IMG/VR virus record: IMGVR_UViG_3300042914_002167
Length of the DNA stretch: 64,000 nt
DNA from: a virus
Reading direction: 5' to 3' (one strand)
A program made the position numbers and the translations under genes. The notes under the pieces were generated by a model. The model made no database searches. It was not told the origin of the DNA and was given only the letters and a program-made list of their open reading frames with translations. This document shows, piece by piece, positions 49,599-58,405 of the stretch (position 1 is its first letter; each line of letters begins with the position of its first letter).

Positions 49599-50511
49599 AT
49601 TGCGCGAAGAATTCTTTGACTGATCTAAATGGAGTTGTCACTCCTGCGTTTCGCAGTTTCGTTAAGTCTGCACATGTCCAGTATTGATATGAGTTTTTGT
49701 ATTGATCTGGGAATGGTACTGTCACGATGTTAGCGCCTTGATTTTTCGCGACAATCATTGCAACTTCTTTGAAACTGATTGGATTACCAGTGCCGATGTT
49801 GAATATACCACTATTCATTCTATTGAATGCTAAGTCAAGTTTTGCTTGCACCACATCATCTACATATACAAAGTCACGGAAGATATTTTCTGATCCTTCA
49901 AACAGTTGAATTTGATTAGTTTCTTTTGCTTGAATTTTGAATTTTGTGATTGGACTTGCTTGATCACCCTTATGGTATTCATTTGATCCATATACATTGA
50001 AGTATCGTAAGCCCTGGACATTAAATTCCATGTTTGGGAAATAATCAGAATTTATAATCTTCTTGACTTTATTGTCAAAAAGAAGTTTACTGAATGCATA
50101 TGGTGTTTGAGGATTCGTAGGAGCAATCTCAGGTATTCTAACATTTGGAGGGACATTACCATATACACTTGCACTAGATGCATATTGAAATGGGATTTTG
50201 TTTATAAACGCCTGACCAAATAACTTTTCGGAGAATTGATAGTTGCGTTTCATTATAAGAGAACCATTCATTTCTCTAGTAGAAGATATTGCTCCTTCAT
50301 GAAATATGAACTTCAGTGATTTCCAGTCGTCAAAACGACCAAAAAATTCATCTACATCATAATAATTTGAAAACTCACATGAATTCAAATTTAACATTTT
50401 AGCACCATTGGTCAAATCATCTACTACAATAATATCAGTTATGCCTCTAGAGTTGAGTATGCGTATCAGATTTGAACCAATAAAGCCGAAGCCGCCTGTA
50501 ACTAAAATCAT
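49597..50511 (-). CDS. hldD: ADP-L-glycero-D-manno-heptose 6-epimerase
   Basis: ILVTGG.GFIGSN, VDDL..G.K, HEGA.SST, YASSA.VYG, Y..SK.LFD, LRYFNVYG..E.HKG.QAS and YQ..T.ADL..LR.AG. Confidence 0.92.
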   Translation of the reverse strand: MILVTGGFGFIGSNLIRILNSRGITDIIVVDDLTNGAKMLNLNSCEFSNYYDVDEFFGRFDDWKSLKFIFHEGAISSTREMNGSLIMKRNYQFSEKLFGQAFINKIPFQYASSASVYGNVPPNVRIPEIAPTNPQTPYAFSKLLFDNKVKKIINSDYFPNMEFNVQGLRYFNVYGSNEYHKGDQASPITKFKIQAKETNQIQLFEGSENIFRDFVYVDDVVQAKLDLAFNRMNSGIFNIGTGNPISFKEVAMIVAKNQGANIVTVPFPDQYKNSYQYWTCADLTKLRNAGVTTPFRSVKEFFAQ

Positions 50512-51242
50512 ATGGATTGCGCAAATGCTAATAAATTATCAAACACATTTGTCTTTGATTTTAGAACGCGATTTGCGAATGTGTTTAATTCTGTGAGAGT
50601 TTTTTGCCCGTTGCCAGTGAGCACCAGTATTGGTTTTGCACCTGCTCTATCCGCTGCTTTCAGATCAGCGAGTTTATCTCCAACATACCATCCTTGCTTC
50701 CAATTGACTTTCTGTTCATCCCGCGCACGATTGAACATTCCAATATTAGGCTTTGCAAATATATCGTTTTTCAACGAAGATGTTGAATAATACAGACCAT
50801 CAATACTGAAAATGCCAGCTTCACCAAACATCCTCATCATTCCATTATGTACTTCATCAACTTGCTCAATTGTTTGTTTTTTTTCATAGATTCCACTCTG
50901 ATTTGTCAATATAGTAAGACGATGACCCTTCAAGCGAAGCATACGAATTGCTTCAAGACTGCCTGGAATAGGTTTCACTTGACTGAAATCAGTGATGTAT
51001 GTTCCGATATCTTCAATGATAGTTCCATCACGTTCTAGCCCAACAATGTTTTTAGGAAATACAGTAGGCCACTGGCGTTGGGCTTCTTGCATTTTAGCCT
51101 GCTGCTGTTGAATATCACTTGAAAACTGATACTGTTGATTTCCTTGATATCCGCCAGACGAATAATTGCTACTTGCATATGTTGGTATCTGCGTTTGTGG
51201 TATTGCTTGGGGCATTACGACAGAAGAATTGAATCGTCCCAT
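50508..51242 (-). CDS. gmhB: heptose 1,7-bisphosphate phosphatase-like HAD protein (atypical motif I, Q-rich N-terminal extension)
   Basis: LERDGTI (canonical DRDG), TNQSGI, KP..GM and VGD...D..AA..AG..P.LV.TG.G; adjacent to hldD. Confidence 0.78.
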   Translation of the reverse strand: MGRFNSSVVMPQAIPQTQIPTYASSNYSSGGYQGNQQYQFSSDIQQQQAKMQEAQRQWPTVFPKNIVGLERDGTIIEDIGTYITDFSQVKPIPGSLEAIRMLRLKGHRLTILTNQSGIYEKKQTIEQVDEVHNGMMRMFGEAGIFSIDGLYYSTSSLKNDIFAKPNIGMFNRARDEQKVNWKQGWYVGDKLADLKAADRAGAKPILVLTGNGQKTLTELNTFANRVLKSKTNVFDNLLAFAQSI

Positions 51243-51320
51243 TTATCTATCTCCCGAGTTTTTCGTAAAAAATACTTCACATGACCATGATTTACTATCA
51301 ACGATTTTAAGTCTTTCCAT
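51243..51320 (-). pseudogene. 25-aa ORF, probable truncated remnant of a cupin-type sugar isomerase gene
   Basis: GGAG SD + MERLKIVDSKSWSCEVFFTKNSGDR*, with the stop abutting the gmhB ATG. Resembles the 'K.W..E' N-terminus of phage cupins found in heptose clusters. Confidence 0.4.
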
Positions 51321-51350
51321 ATAATTCTCCATACCAATTTAAGCAAAAAC

Positions 51351-51379
51351 ATAATAACATATTTAGCAGCACCAGTCAA
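51351..51379 (-). promoter_or_regulatory. sigma70-type promoter for gmhB-hldD
   Basis: Minus strand: TTGACT (51379-51374), 17 bp, TG-extended TATTAT (51356-51351). Confidence 0.7.
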
Positions 51380-51433
51380 GACAATTTTTTGATATGATAA
51401 ATAGGGAAGTAACTCCAAAAGGAACTTCTCAAA

Positions 51434-52177
51434 ATGGCAAAACCAACAACAAGAGAGCAGTTGAAAGCATATTGTCTGCGTCAACTCGGTGCACCTGTAG
51501 TTGAGATCAACGTGGACGATGAACAGGTAGAAGATTGTATTGACGATGCGATTCAGTATTATCATGACTATCACTTTGATGGTACCGAAAAAGTCTACCT
51601 TGCTCATCAGATAACAGAGACAGATGTATCAAATAGATACATTGACATTCCAGAGTCTGTCATTGGTGTTGTAAACATCTTTGACATTGGTGATTCGTTC
51701 TCTACCAACAACCTCTTCAACATCAGATACCAGATCGCATTGAATGATCTCTTTGCATTCAACTATGGTCCATTTGCACCATACTACATGGCGTTACAGA
51801 ATGTAGCACTTGCTGAAGAGTTATTTGTTGGAAGGCAGTCACTTCGTTTCAATCGGCACACTAACAAACTCCATATTGAAATGTCGTGGAGTGAAAAGGT
51901 CGTTGTCGGTGAGTACATCATCGTAGAAGGTTACGCTGCATTAGATCCAGAAACATACTCAGATGTTTACAATGATCGTTGGTTGAAGAGATATTCCACT
52001 GCACTCATAAAGAAACAATGGGGCACTAACCTCAAGAAGTTTGAGGGTCTTCAGATGCCAGGTGGAATCACATTCAACGGGCAGAAGATTTGGGATGAAG
52101 CTACAGATGAAATCACTCAGCTAGAAACTGAGATGATCAATTCTTATAGTTTACCGGTTTCCGATATGATTGGATGA
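51434..52177 (+). CDS. gp13: neck protein gp13
   Basis: P.TRE.LK.YCLR.LGAPV.EINV...QVED, YH.DG and W.K.Y..AL.K.QWG.NL.KF.G...PGG.T.NG. Confidence 0.94.
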   Translation: MAKPTTREQLKAYCLRQLGAPVVEINVDDEQVEDCIDDAIQYYHDYHFDGTEKVYLAHQITETDVSNRYIDIPESVIGVVNIFDIGDSFSTNNLFNIRYQIALNDLFAFNYGPFAPYYMALQNVALAEELFVGRQSLRFNRHTNKLHIEMSWSEKVVVGEYIIVEGYAALDPETYSDVYNDRWLKRYSTALIKKQWGTNLKKFEGLQMPGGITFNGQKIWDEATDEITQLETEMINSYSLPVSDMIG

Positions 52178-52184
52178 ACCTACT

Positions 52185-52997
52185 GTGGCACGCAATCGTT
52201 ATTTCAATCAGTACACAAAAGTTGCTAGAGAACAATCTGTTCTTGAGGACTTGATCATTGAAGCCATCAAGATTTATGGCGTTCAAGGATATTTTTTACC
52301 TAGAACATTTGTCGGTAAAGATATTCTTTACGGCGAAGATCCGGCTTCAATCTTTGACGATGCGATTGAAATGGAAATGTATATCAAATCATATGATGGA
52401 TTCATGGGGCAAGAAGACTTTCTTTCTAAGTTTGGTCTCCAGATCGATGAGTCTATCACATTCACCGTGTCTCAGAAAAGATTTAGTCAGTCACTGAAAC
52501 AGTGCTTGACGACGGAATACTCATACAATTTTCTACTTGAAGATGGATCACTTCTTCTTCAAGAGCCAACATACGATTACTCATCAATCATAAGACCAAG
52601 AGAAGGTGATCTAGTTTGGATACCTATGCTTGGATACATGTATGAAATCAAGTTCACTGAAAACATTGATGTGTTCTTCCCACTGGGAAATCTATACTCA
52701 TTTGAAATCAGATGTGACAGATTTGAATACTCAAGCGAAAGACTGGACACTGGAGTGGAAGAAATTGACACTCTAGAAGAAAACTACAGTCTGTCAAATG
52801 AGTTCATCGCAAAAATTCTTCTTGAGGATGTAGACAGTGTTCTACTAGAAGATTCATATAAGATTCTATCAGAAGGTGATCATATCGTGACTAAGGAAGT
52901 TGAAGCAGACAACGAATACATTTCTGAGAAAATTCGTCAGACTGAAATAGTAGACTTCACTGAAAAGAATCCATTTTCTGAAGTTTGGGAGTACTAA
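52185..52997 (+). CDS. gp14: neck protein gp14
   Basis: Probable GTG start at 52185; N.YF, EQ...EDL..E.I..YG, SKFG...D, RP.EGDL and DF.E.NPF. Confidence 0.9.
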   Translation: MARNRYFNQYTKVAREQSVLEDLIIEAIKIYGVQGYFLPRTFVGKDILYGEDPASIFDDAIEMEMYIKSYDGFMGQEDFLSKFGLQIDESITFTVSQKRFSQSLKQCLTTEYSYNFLLEDGSLLLQEPTYDYSSIIRPREGDLVWIPMLGYMYEIKFTENIDVFFPLGNLYSFEIRCDRFEYSSERLDTGVEEIDTLEENYSLSNEFIAKILLEDVDSVLLEDSYKILSEGDHIVTKEVEADNEYISEKIRQTEIVDFTEKNPFSEVWEY

Positions 52998-52999
52998 TC

Positions 53000-53749
53000 A
53001 TGATGTTCGGGCACGATTTTTATCACGGCACACTTAGAAAATATGTTATCATGTTTGGTAATCTCTTTGATGAGATCACTGTCGATAGAAGAGACACTAG
53101 TGGAAATCTAGTTCAAACCATCAATCTTCCAATTACCTATGGTCCAAAGCAAAAGTGGCTTGCAAGAGTTGAAGCTGATCCTGATCTGAATAGACCACTA
53201 TCAATCACTTTGCCTAGGCTTGGATTCACCTTAGACTCCATGACTTATGCGCCTAGTAGAAAGTTGAATAGCGCAAGAAGAATAACAAAGGGAACAAACA
53301 TTGGCGGTGAAAACTTCAAGTCAGTGTACGCTCCTGTTCCATATGATATGCAGTTCACGCTGTACGCATTGGTAAAAAACGCAGAAGATGGTGTCCAGAT
53401 TATAGAGCAAATTGTTCCCTTTTTTACACCAGACTTTACAGTGACAATGCATGCTCTATCAGAAATGGACATAAGACTTGATGTTCCAATTGAATTGACA
53501 GGAATCTCATCTGATGATTCATATGAAGGTGATTTTGAGTCTCGTAGAGTTTTGACATGGCAAATGAATTTTACAGTCAAGGGTTACCTGTTCGGACCTG
53601 TAAACAAAGATGCATATATCAATAAGGCGACAATCACTATCAATGACGATTCATACGGCAGAAATAACGCAAAGCAAGTATGGAAGGGCGTCTATGAAGG
53701 CAACTCTGAATTTGGATTTACTGAAACAATAATTGAAACGTCAGAATAA
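53000..53749 (+). CDS. gp15: tail sheath stabiliser / terminator gp15
   Basis: FYH...RK..I.FG.LF, YGPKQK.LAR, LPR, PVPY, QI.EQI.P.F.P and F.VK.YL.GP. Confidence 0.92.
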   Translation: MMFGHDFYHGTLRKYVIMFGNLFDEITVDRRDTSGNLVQTINLPITYGPKQKWLARVEADPDLNRPLSITLPRLGFTLDSMTYAPSRKLNSARRITKGTNIGGENFKSVYAPVPYDMQFTLYALVKNAEDGVQIIEQIVPFFTPDFTVTMHALSEMDIRLDVPIELTGISSDDSYEGDFESRRVLTWQMNFTVKGYLFGPVNKDAYINKATITINDDSYGRNNAKQVWKGVYEGNSEFGFTETIIETSE

Positions 53750-53751
53750 CC

Positions 53752-54177
53752 ATGAAAAAAACTGTTGATGAAAAACTAGATAATGTCTTTGACATCGTAC
53801 CTTCAGTTGTTGCTGACCAAAATGCAACAGTTGTCACTCACCAAGAGACAACACCACTAAATCAACTCGCCGAAGATGGTAACATAGATGCTGATTACGA
53901 ATATGCAAGAGGCAATCTAAAAGGTTTGATTGAGAATGGCAAGATCGCTATGGAGAACATCATCTTCTTAGCGAAAGAAGGTGAGTCTCCTCGCGCATAT
54001 GAAGTTGTCGGGCAGTTGATCAAGACACTAGCCGAGACAAACAAAGACTTGTTGGAACTAGGCAAGAAAGCAAAAGAAGCTAGAGGTAAAGAAAAAGAAT
54101 CTGCACCACAGCATGTGACAAACGCACTTTTTGTTGGAAGTACAGCAGAGTTGCAGAAGATGCTAAAGGGTAAATAG
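53752..54177 (+). CDS. gp16: terminase small subunit gp16
   Basis: DYEYAR.NL, PRAYEV.GQLIK and NALFVGST.ELQK.L. Confidence 0.94.
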   Translation: MKKTVDEKLDNVFDIVPSVVADQNATVVTHQETTPLNQLAEDGNIDADYEYARGNLKGLIENGKIAMENIIFLAKEGESPRAYEVVGQLIKTLAETNKDLLELGKKAKEARGKEKESAPQHVTNALFVGSTAELQKMLKGK

Positions 54178-55814
54178 TGCCAGTCAAGAGTTATCTAGGT
54201 AACGCAAACCTCAAAGCCGCTGGAGTACAATTAGGATTCACTAAAGAGCAACTTGAAGAGTACATCAAGTGTGCAGAGGATCCAGTATACTTCATCAATA
54301 ACTATTGCATGATCGTTACACTTGATCATGGCTTGCAACCCTTCAAACTCTATCCCTGTCAGGTCAACAAAGTCAAAGTCATCCATGAAAATCGCAAAGT
54401 CATTCTCATGGAGGGGCGCCAGCAAGGCAAGACAACGACATCAGCAGCATACATTCTCTGGTACACTATCTTTCAAGAATCAAAGACTGTCGCCATTCTA
54501 GCGAACAAAGCGCCAGCAGCTAGAGAAGTCTTGTATCGATATCAGTTGATGTATGAGAATCTTCCTATGTGGATGCAACAAGGAGTCACGACATGGAACA
54601 AGGGTGACATTGCACTTGAGAATGGATCAATCGTCTTCACCGCAGCGACATCAGCATCTGGTATTCGTGGTAAGTCTGTAAACTTGCTCTATGTAGACGA
54701 GACCGCGATCATTCCAAACAATATTGCAGAACAGTTCTTCACATCAGTCTATCCTACAATCTCTGCTGGTGAAACGACAAAGATTCTGTTGAGTTCCACT
54801 CCACTTGGATACAATCACTTCTGGAAGTTCTGGAACGATGCAACAAATGGCAGAAATGGCTTTATCACACTGTTCATTCCTTATTGGGAGATTCCAGGTA
54901 GAGATGAGAAGTGGGCAGAAACCCAAAGAAAACTGTTAGGTGAACTCAAGTTCAATCAAGAAGTTTTGTGTAACTTCCTTGGATCAAGTCTCACACTGAT
55001 CAACTCTGATACAATTGCACAATTGTCTCCATCTCCACCTGTGTACAGTAAAGATGGGCTTGATGTATTTGAAAAACCAGACAAAGCGAAGTCTTACGTC
55101 ATGATAGCAGACACAGCAAAAGGTGTCGGCGGTGACTACTCAGCATTCTCTGTCATAGACATAACACAAGTTCCATATAAGATGGTAGCAAAGTATCGTG
55201 ACAATCAAGTCAGCCCGCTGTTGTATCCATCGATCATAAATAAGATCGGAAAAGAATACAATGACGCATTCATATTACTAGAGATCAACTCATCGGAACA
55301 AGTTGCTCACATTCTTCATGATGAGTATGAGTATGAGAATATCATCTATGTGAACAGAAACACCAAGACGGGGCAATTAGTCTCTGGTGGTTTCGGTGGT
55401 GGTAAGACTCAGTTGGGTGTAATGACAGACAAGAAAGTCAAGCGCATCGGTTGCTTCAACTTCAAGTCACTCATGGAAGAGAAGAAGATCCATATTCCAG
55501 ACGTTGACACGATTGCAGAGATAGCAACTTTCATTGAAAAGAAAAATAGTTATGAAGCAGATGAAGGATACCATGACGATCTTGTCATGACACTTGTCTT
55601 GTTCTCTTGGTTGACTACAAACTCATATTTCAAAGAACTCAGCAATGTTAATTTGCGGCACGCCTTGTATGAAAAGAGAATGCAAGTTATTGAAGAAGAA
55701 CTTACGCCATTCGGATTTATAAATACAGGAACAGAAGATCAAACTTTCGTTGATGGCGCTGGGCAAGTATGGTCTAGTCAAGATAAAGAAGACTCTAATT
55801 TTACTTTTTTATAA
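54177..55814 (+). CDS. gp17: terminase large subunit gp17
   Basis: YLGN.NLK, RQQGKTT, LANK, RG.S, Y.DE.A, SSTP.G.NHF and HDDLVM. Confidence 0.96.
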   Translation: MPVKSYLGNANLKAAGVQLGFTKEQLEEYIKCAEDPVYFINNYCMIVTLDHGLQPFKLYPCQVNKVKVIHENRKVILMEGRQQGKTTTSAAYILWYTIFQESKTVAILANKAPAAREVLYRYQLMYENLPMWMQQGVTTWNKGDIALENGSIVFTAATSASGIRGKSVNLLYVDETAIIPNNIAEQFFTSVYPTISAGETTKILLSSTPLGYNHFWKFWNDATNGRNGFITLFIPYWEIPGRDEKWAETQRKLLGELKFNQEVLCNFLGSSLTLINSDTIAQLSPSPPVYSKDGLDVFEKPDKAKSYVMIADTAKGVGGDYSAFSVIDITQVPYKMVAKYRDNQVSPLLYPSIINKIGKEYNDAFILLEINSSEQVAHILHDEYEYENIIYVNRNTKTGQLVSGGFGGGKTQLGVMTDKKVKRIGCFNFKSLMEEKKIHIPDVDTIAEIATFIEKKNSYEADEGYHDDLVMTLVLFSWLTTNSYFKELSNVNLRHALYEKRMQVIEEELTPFGFINTGTEDQTFVDGAGQVWSSQDKEDSNFTFL

Positions 55815-55817
55815 ATA
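55810..55817 (+). promoter_or_regulatory. T4-type late promoter
   Basis: TATAAATA upstream of gp18. Confidence 0.75.
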
Positions 55818-55883
55818 GTTTTAGAATGAAGACACGTGATAATGAGTGAAGACAATACAAATTCCAATCAAGGAGAATAACAA

Positions 55884-57794
55884 ATGGCAATCAGTTTAGT
55901 ATCACCTGGCGTAAAGATCACAGAAGTAGATCAAATTTCGTCAACACCATCACTTGCAACTACAGGCGGTGGATTTGCAGGAGAGTTTCGTTGGGGTCCT
56001 CTCAATGAACCAACACTAGTCGTTAGTGAAGCTGATCTTAGATCAAAATTCGGTTCTCCTTCAGCTACGTCTAATTCCACAATTGATTTTCTTAGCGCAT
56101 CAAACTTCCTTTCATACTCACAGTCATTGTTTGTTGTTCGTGCAGCAAACACAGCGGCTGCATTGAATGCAACAGCAACTAAGACTACATCAGATACAGC
56201 AAACGCTGGCACTGGAGTGCTTATTCAAAATTCAACAAGCTATGACACTACTGTGCCTGGCTCTCTTGATGTTGGTCCATGGGCAGCAAAGTATCCTGGA
56301 GTTCTAGGAAATGCAATTAAAGTTTCTACTTGCCCATCTTCAGCAGCATGGGAAAGCACATTGACAGGAACATTGTCAGTTGCAGTAAATGGAACTGTAG
56401 TTACAGGATCTGGAACAGCTTTCACAACAGAAGTTGTTGTTGGTGACATTCTTATCCTAAACTCAAGAAGTGTGCAAGTAAAATCCGTCGCAAACGGAAC
56501 TTCACTAACTCTAGAGTCTGCACACTTGACTGGTGCAACATCAGAGGCTTCAGTAAAGCGCAGATGGCAATATTTTGATATTTTTGCAGCAGCACCAGGA
56601 ACAACTCCAAATGCCGCTGACAAAAACGCAGTTGATGACGAAATGCACGTAGTTGTTGTAGACGGAACAGGAAATCTGACTGGAGTTAAGGGCAATGTGC
56701 TAGAGAAGTTTGCTTCTCTATCTAAGGGTTCTGATTCTAAGGGCGAAAACGGTGGAACAAACTACTACGCAAGTGTTATCAACAGCCAATCGAAATACAT
56801 TTGGTGGGCTGATCACGACAATGCTTCAGCAAACTGGGGTAATGCTCTAGAAAATACAACATACACAAGTGTTGCAACACCAAAAACATACAATCTAGCT
56901 GGTGGTGCTGATGGCGGTAACATTACAGATGCTGCACGAATCACAGCATTCACAAAACTATCAGACAAAGAAGCATATCCATTGTCAGTAGTTATTGCAG
57001 GTCAAGCATCAGTAGCGGTTGTAAACACAATCATTGCTGACGTTTGCGAGGTAAGAAAAGATTGCGTTGTAACTGTATCTCCAACATATGCTAGTTCAGT
57101 AAACAATGCATCTCCAGCAGCGGCAGTTATTGCAGCATTTGCATCTTTGACACGCTCAACATATGCAGTAGCAGACAGCGGATGGAAGTATCAGTATGAC
57201 AAGTATAACGACAGATATATTTACGTTCCATTGAATCCAGATGTTGCTGGTTGCATGGCACGTACAGATGCTAATCGTGAGCCTTGGATTTCTCCAGCTG
57301 GTTCTTCGAAGGGCAGAATTCTGAATTCTGTGAAACTAGCATGGAATCCAAATCAAACTGAACGCGATCAGCTATACAAGACTGCAATCAATCCAGTTAT
57401 CACTCAAGCTGGAATTGGAACTGTTCTGTTTGGCGACAAGACATACACAACACGCAACACTGCATTCAACAGAATCAATGTACGCAGACTTTTCATTGAA
57501 ATAGAGAAGACAATTGGCTTAAGTGCTGCTGATCTTCTATTTGAACAAAATGATGCATCAACACGCGAGAACTTCGTAAACTTGGTTTCTCCATATCTGA
57601 GAAGTGTTCAAGCTAGAAGAGGTATTACAGCATTCAAGGTTGTCTGTGATGAAACAAACAATCCAGAAGATGTTGTAAACAACAGCGAATTTATTTGCGA
57701 CATTTTTGTTCAGCCAGTCAAGTCAGTTAACTTTATCCAACTTAATTTCGTTGCAGTTAGAGGTTCCGCTTCTTTCTCTGAAGTGACAGCATAA
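55884..57794 (+). CDS. gp18: tail sheath protein gp18
   Basis: SPGV...E.D, F.WGP, AKYPG..GN, YDKYND, PW.SPAG, RD.LY...INP, GD.T and RINVRRLF. Confidence 0.96.
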   Translation: MAISLVSPGVKITEVDQISSTPSLATTGGGFAGEFRWGPLNEPTLVVSEADLRSKFGSPSATSNSTIDFLSASNFLSYSQSLFVVRAANTAAALNATATKTTSDTANAGTGVLIQNSTSYDTTVPGSLDVGPWAAKYPGVLGNAIKVSTCPSSAAWESTLTGTLSVAVNGTVVTGSGTAFTTEVVVGDILILNSRSVQVKSVANGTSLTLESAHLTGATSEASVKRRWQYFDIFAAAPGTTPNAADKNAVDDEMHVVVVDGTGNLTGVKGNVLEKFASLSKGSDSKGENGGTNYYASVINSQSKYIWWADHDNASANWGNALENTTYTSVATPKTYNLAGGADGGNITDAARITAFTKLSDKEAYPLSVVIAGQASVAVVNTIIADVCEVRKDCVVTVSPTYASSVNNASPAAAVIAAFASLTRSTYAVADSGWKYQYDKYNDRYIYVPLNPDVAGCMARTDANREPWISPAGSSKGRILNSVKLAWNPNQTERDQLYKTAINPVITQAGIGTVLFGDKTYTTRNTAFNRINVRRLFIEIEKTIGLSAADLLFEQNDASTRENFVNLVSPYLRSVQARRGITAFKVVCDETNNPEDVVNNSEFICDIFVQPVKSVNFIQLNFVAVRGSASFSEVTA

Positions 57795-57826
57795 ATAACT
57801 AAACGAAATATAAGGAGGGCAAAACT

Positions 57827-58393
57827 ATGAGTTTTGACGTATCAAAATTTAGAGAGGCTCTGGGAGGGGGTGCGAGAGCAAACCTTTTCAGAGTTACAGC
57901 ACTTGATATAGGCATTCAAGAAAATCGCGATTTGTTTTCCGTCACATGTAAGTCTGCATCTCTACCTGCTTCAACAACTGGGCTGATTGAAGTCGCTTTC
58001 AATGCAGGTAGAAGATACAAACTTGCGGGCGAGAGAATTTTTGCAGAGTGGACTACAACTGTCATAAACACTGAAGACTATAAAATTCGTAGTGCTATTG
58101 AAGATTGGCAAAAAACTATCGTATTTACAAATTTCAATGCAACTTCTGTTGGAAATAGAGATTTGTATTCATCGGATGGCACACAAAATGCACTTGCAAA
58201 TGCGCTATTAAGAACACCAGCAATGCTTGTGGAGCAACTTGACGACAGTGGAGAAGCCATTTCTAAGTTCAAACTTCACCACTGCTGGCCGAGTGACATT
58301 TCTACAATTGATCTATCATACGATAATGCTGATGCCGTTGAAGAATTTTCTGTGACATGGTCATACGACTATTTCACTCAAATACCGATTTAA
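57827..58393 (+). CDS. gp19: tail tube protein gp19 (copy 1)
   Basis: GGARANLF.V, CKSASLP, G.R.F.EWT.TV.N and WP..I..I.LSY...D..EEF.VT..YDY. Confidence 0.9.
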   Translation: MSFDVSKFREALGGGARANLFRVTALDIGIQENRDLFSVTCKSASLPASTTGLIEVAFNAGRRYKLAGERIFAEWTTTVINTEDYKIRSAIEDWQKTIVFTNFNATSVGNRDLYSSDGTQNALANALLRTPAMLVEQLDDSGEAISKFKLHHCWPSDISTIDLSYDNADAVEEFSVTWSYDYFTQIPI

Positions 58394-58405
58394 TAGGAGA
58401 AAATT

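Noticed and set aside
51215-51607. 130-aa minus-strand ORF
   Set aside because: It overlaps gp13 antisense and crosses two promoters; the short SD-led ORF 51243-51320 is the more plausible unit.
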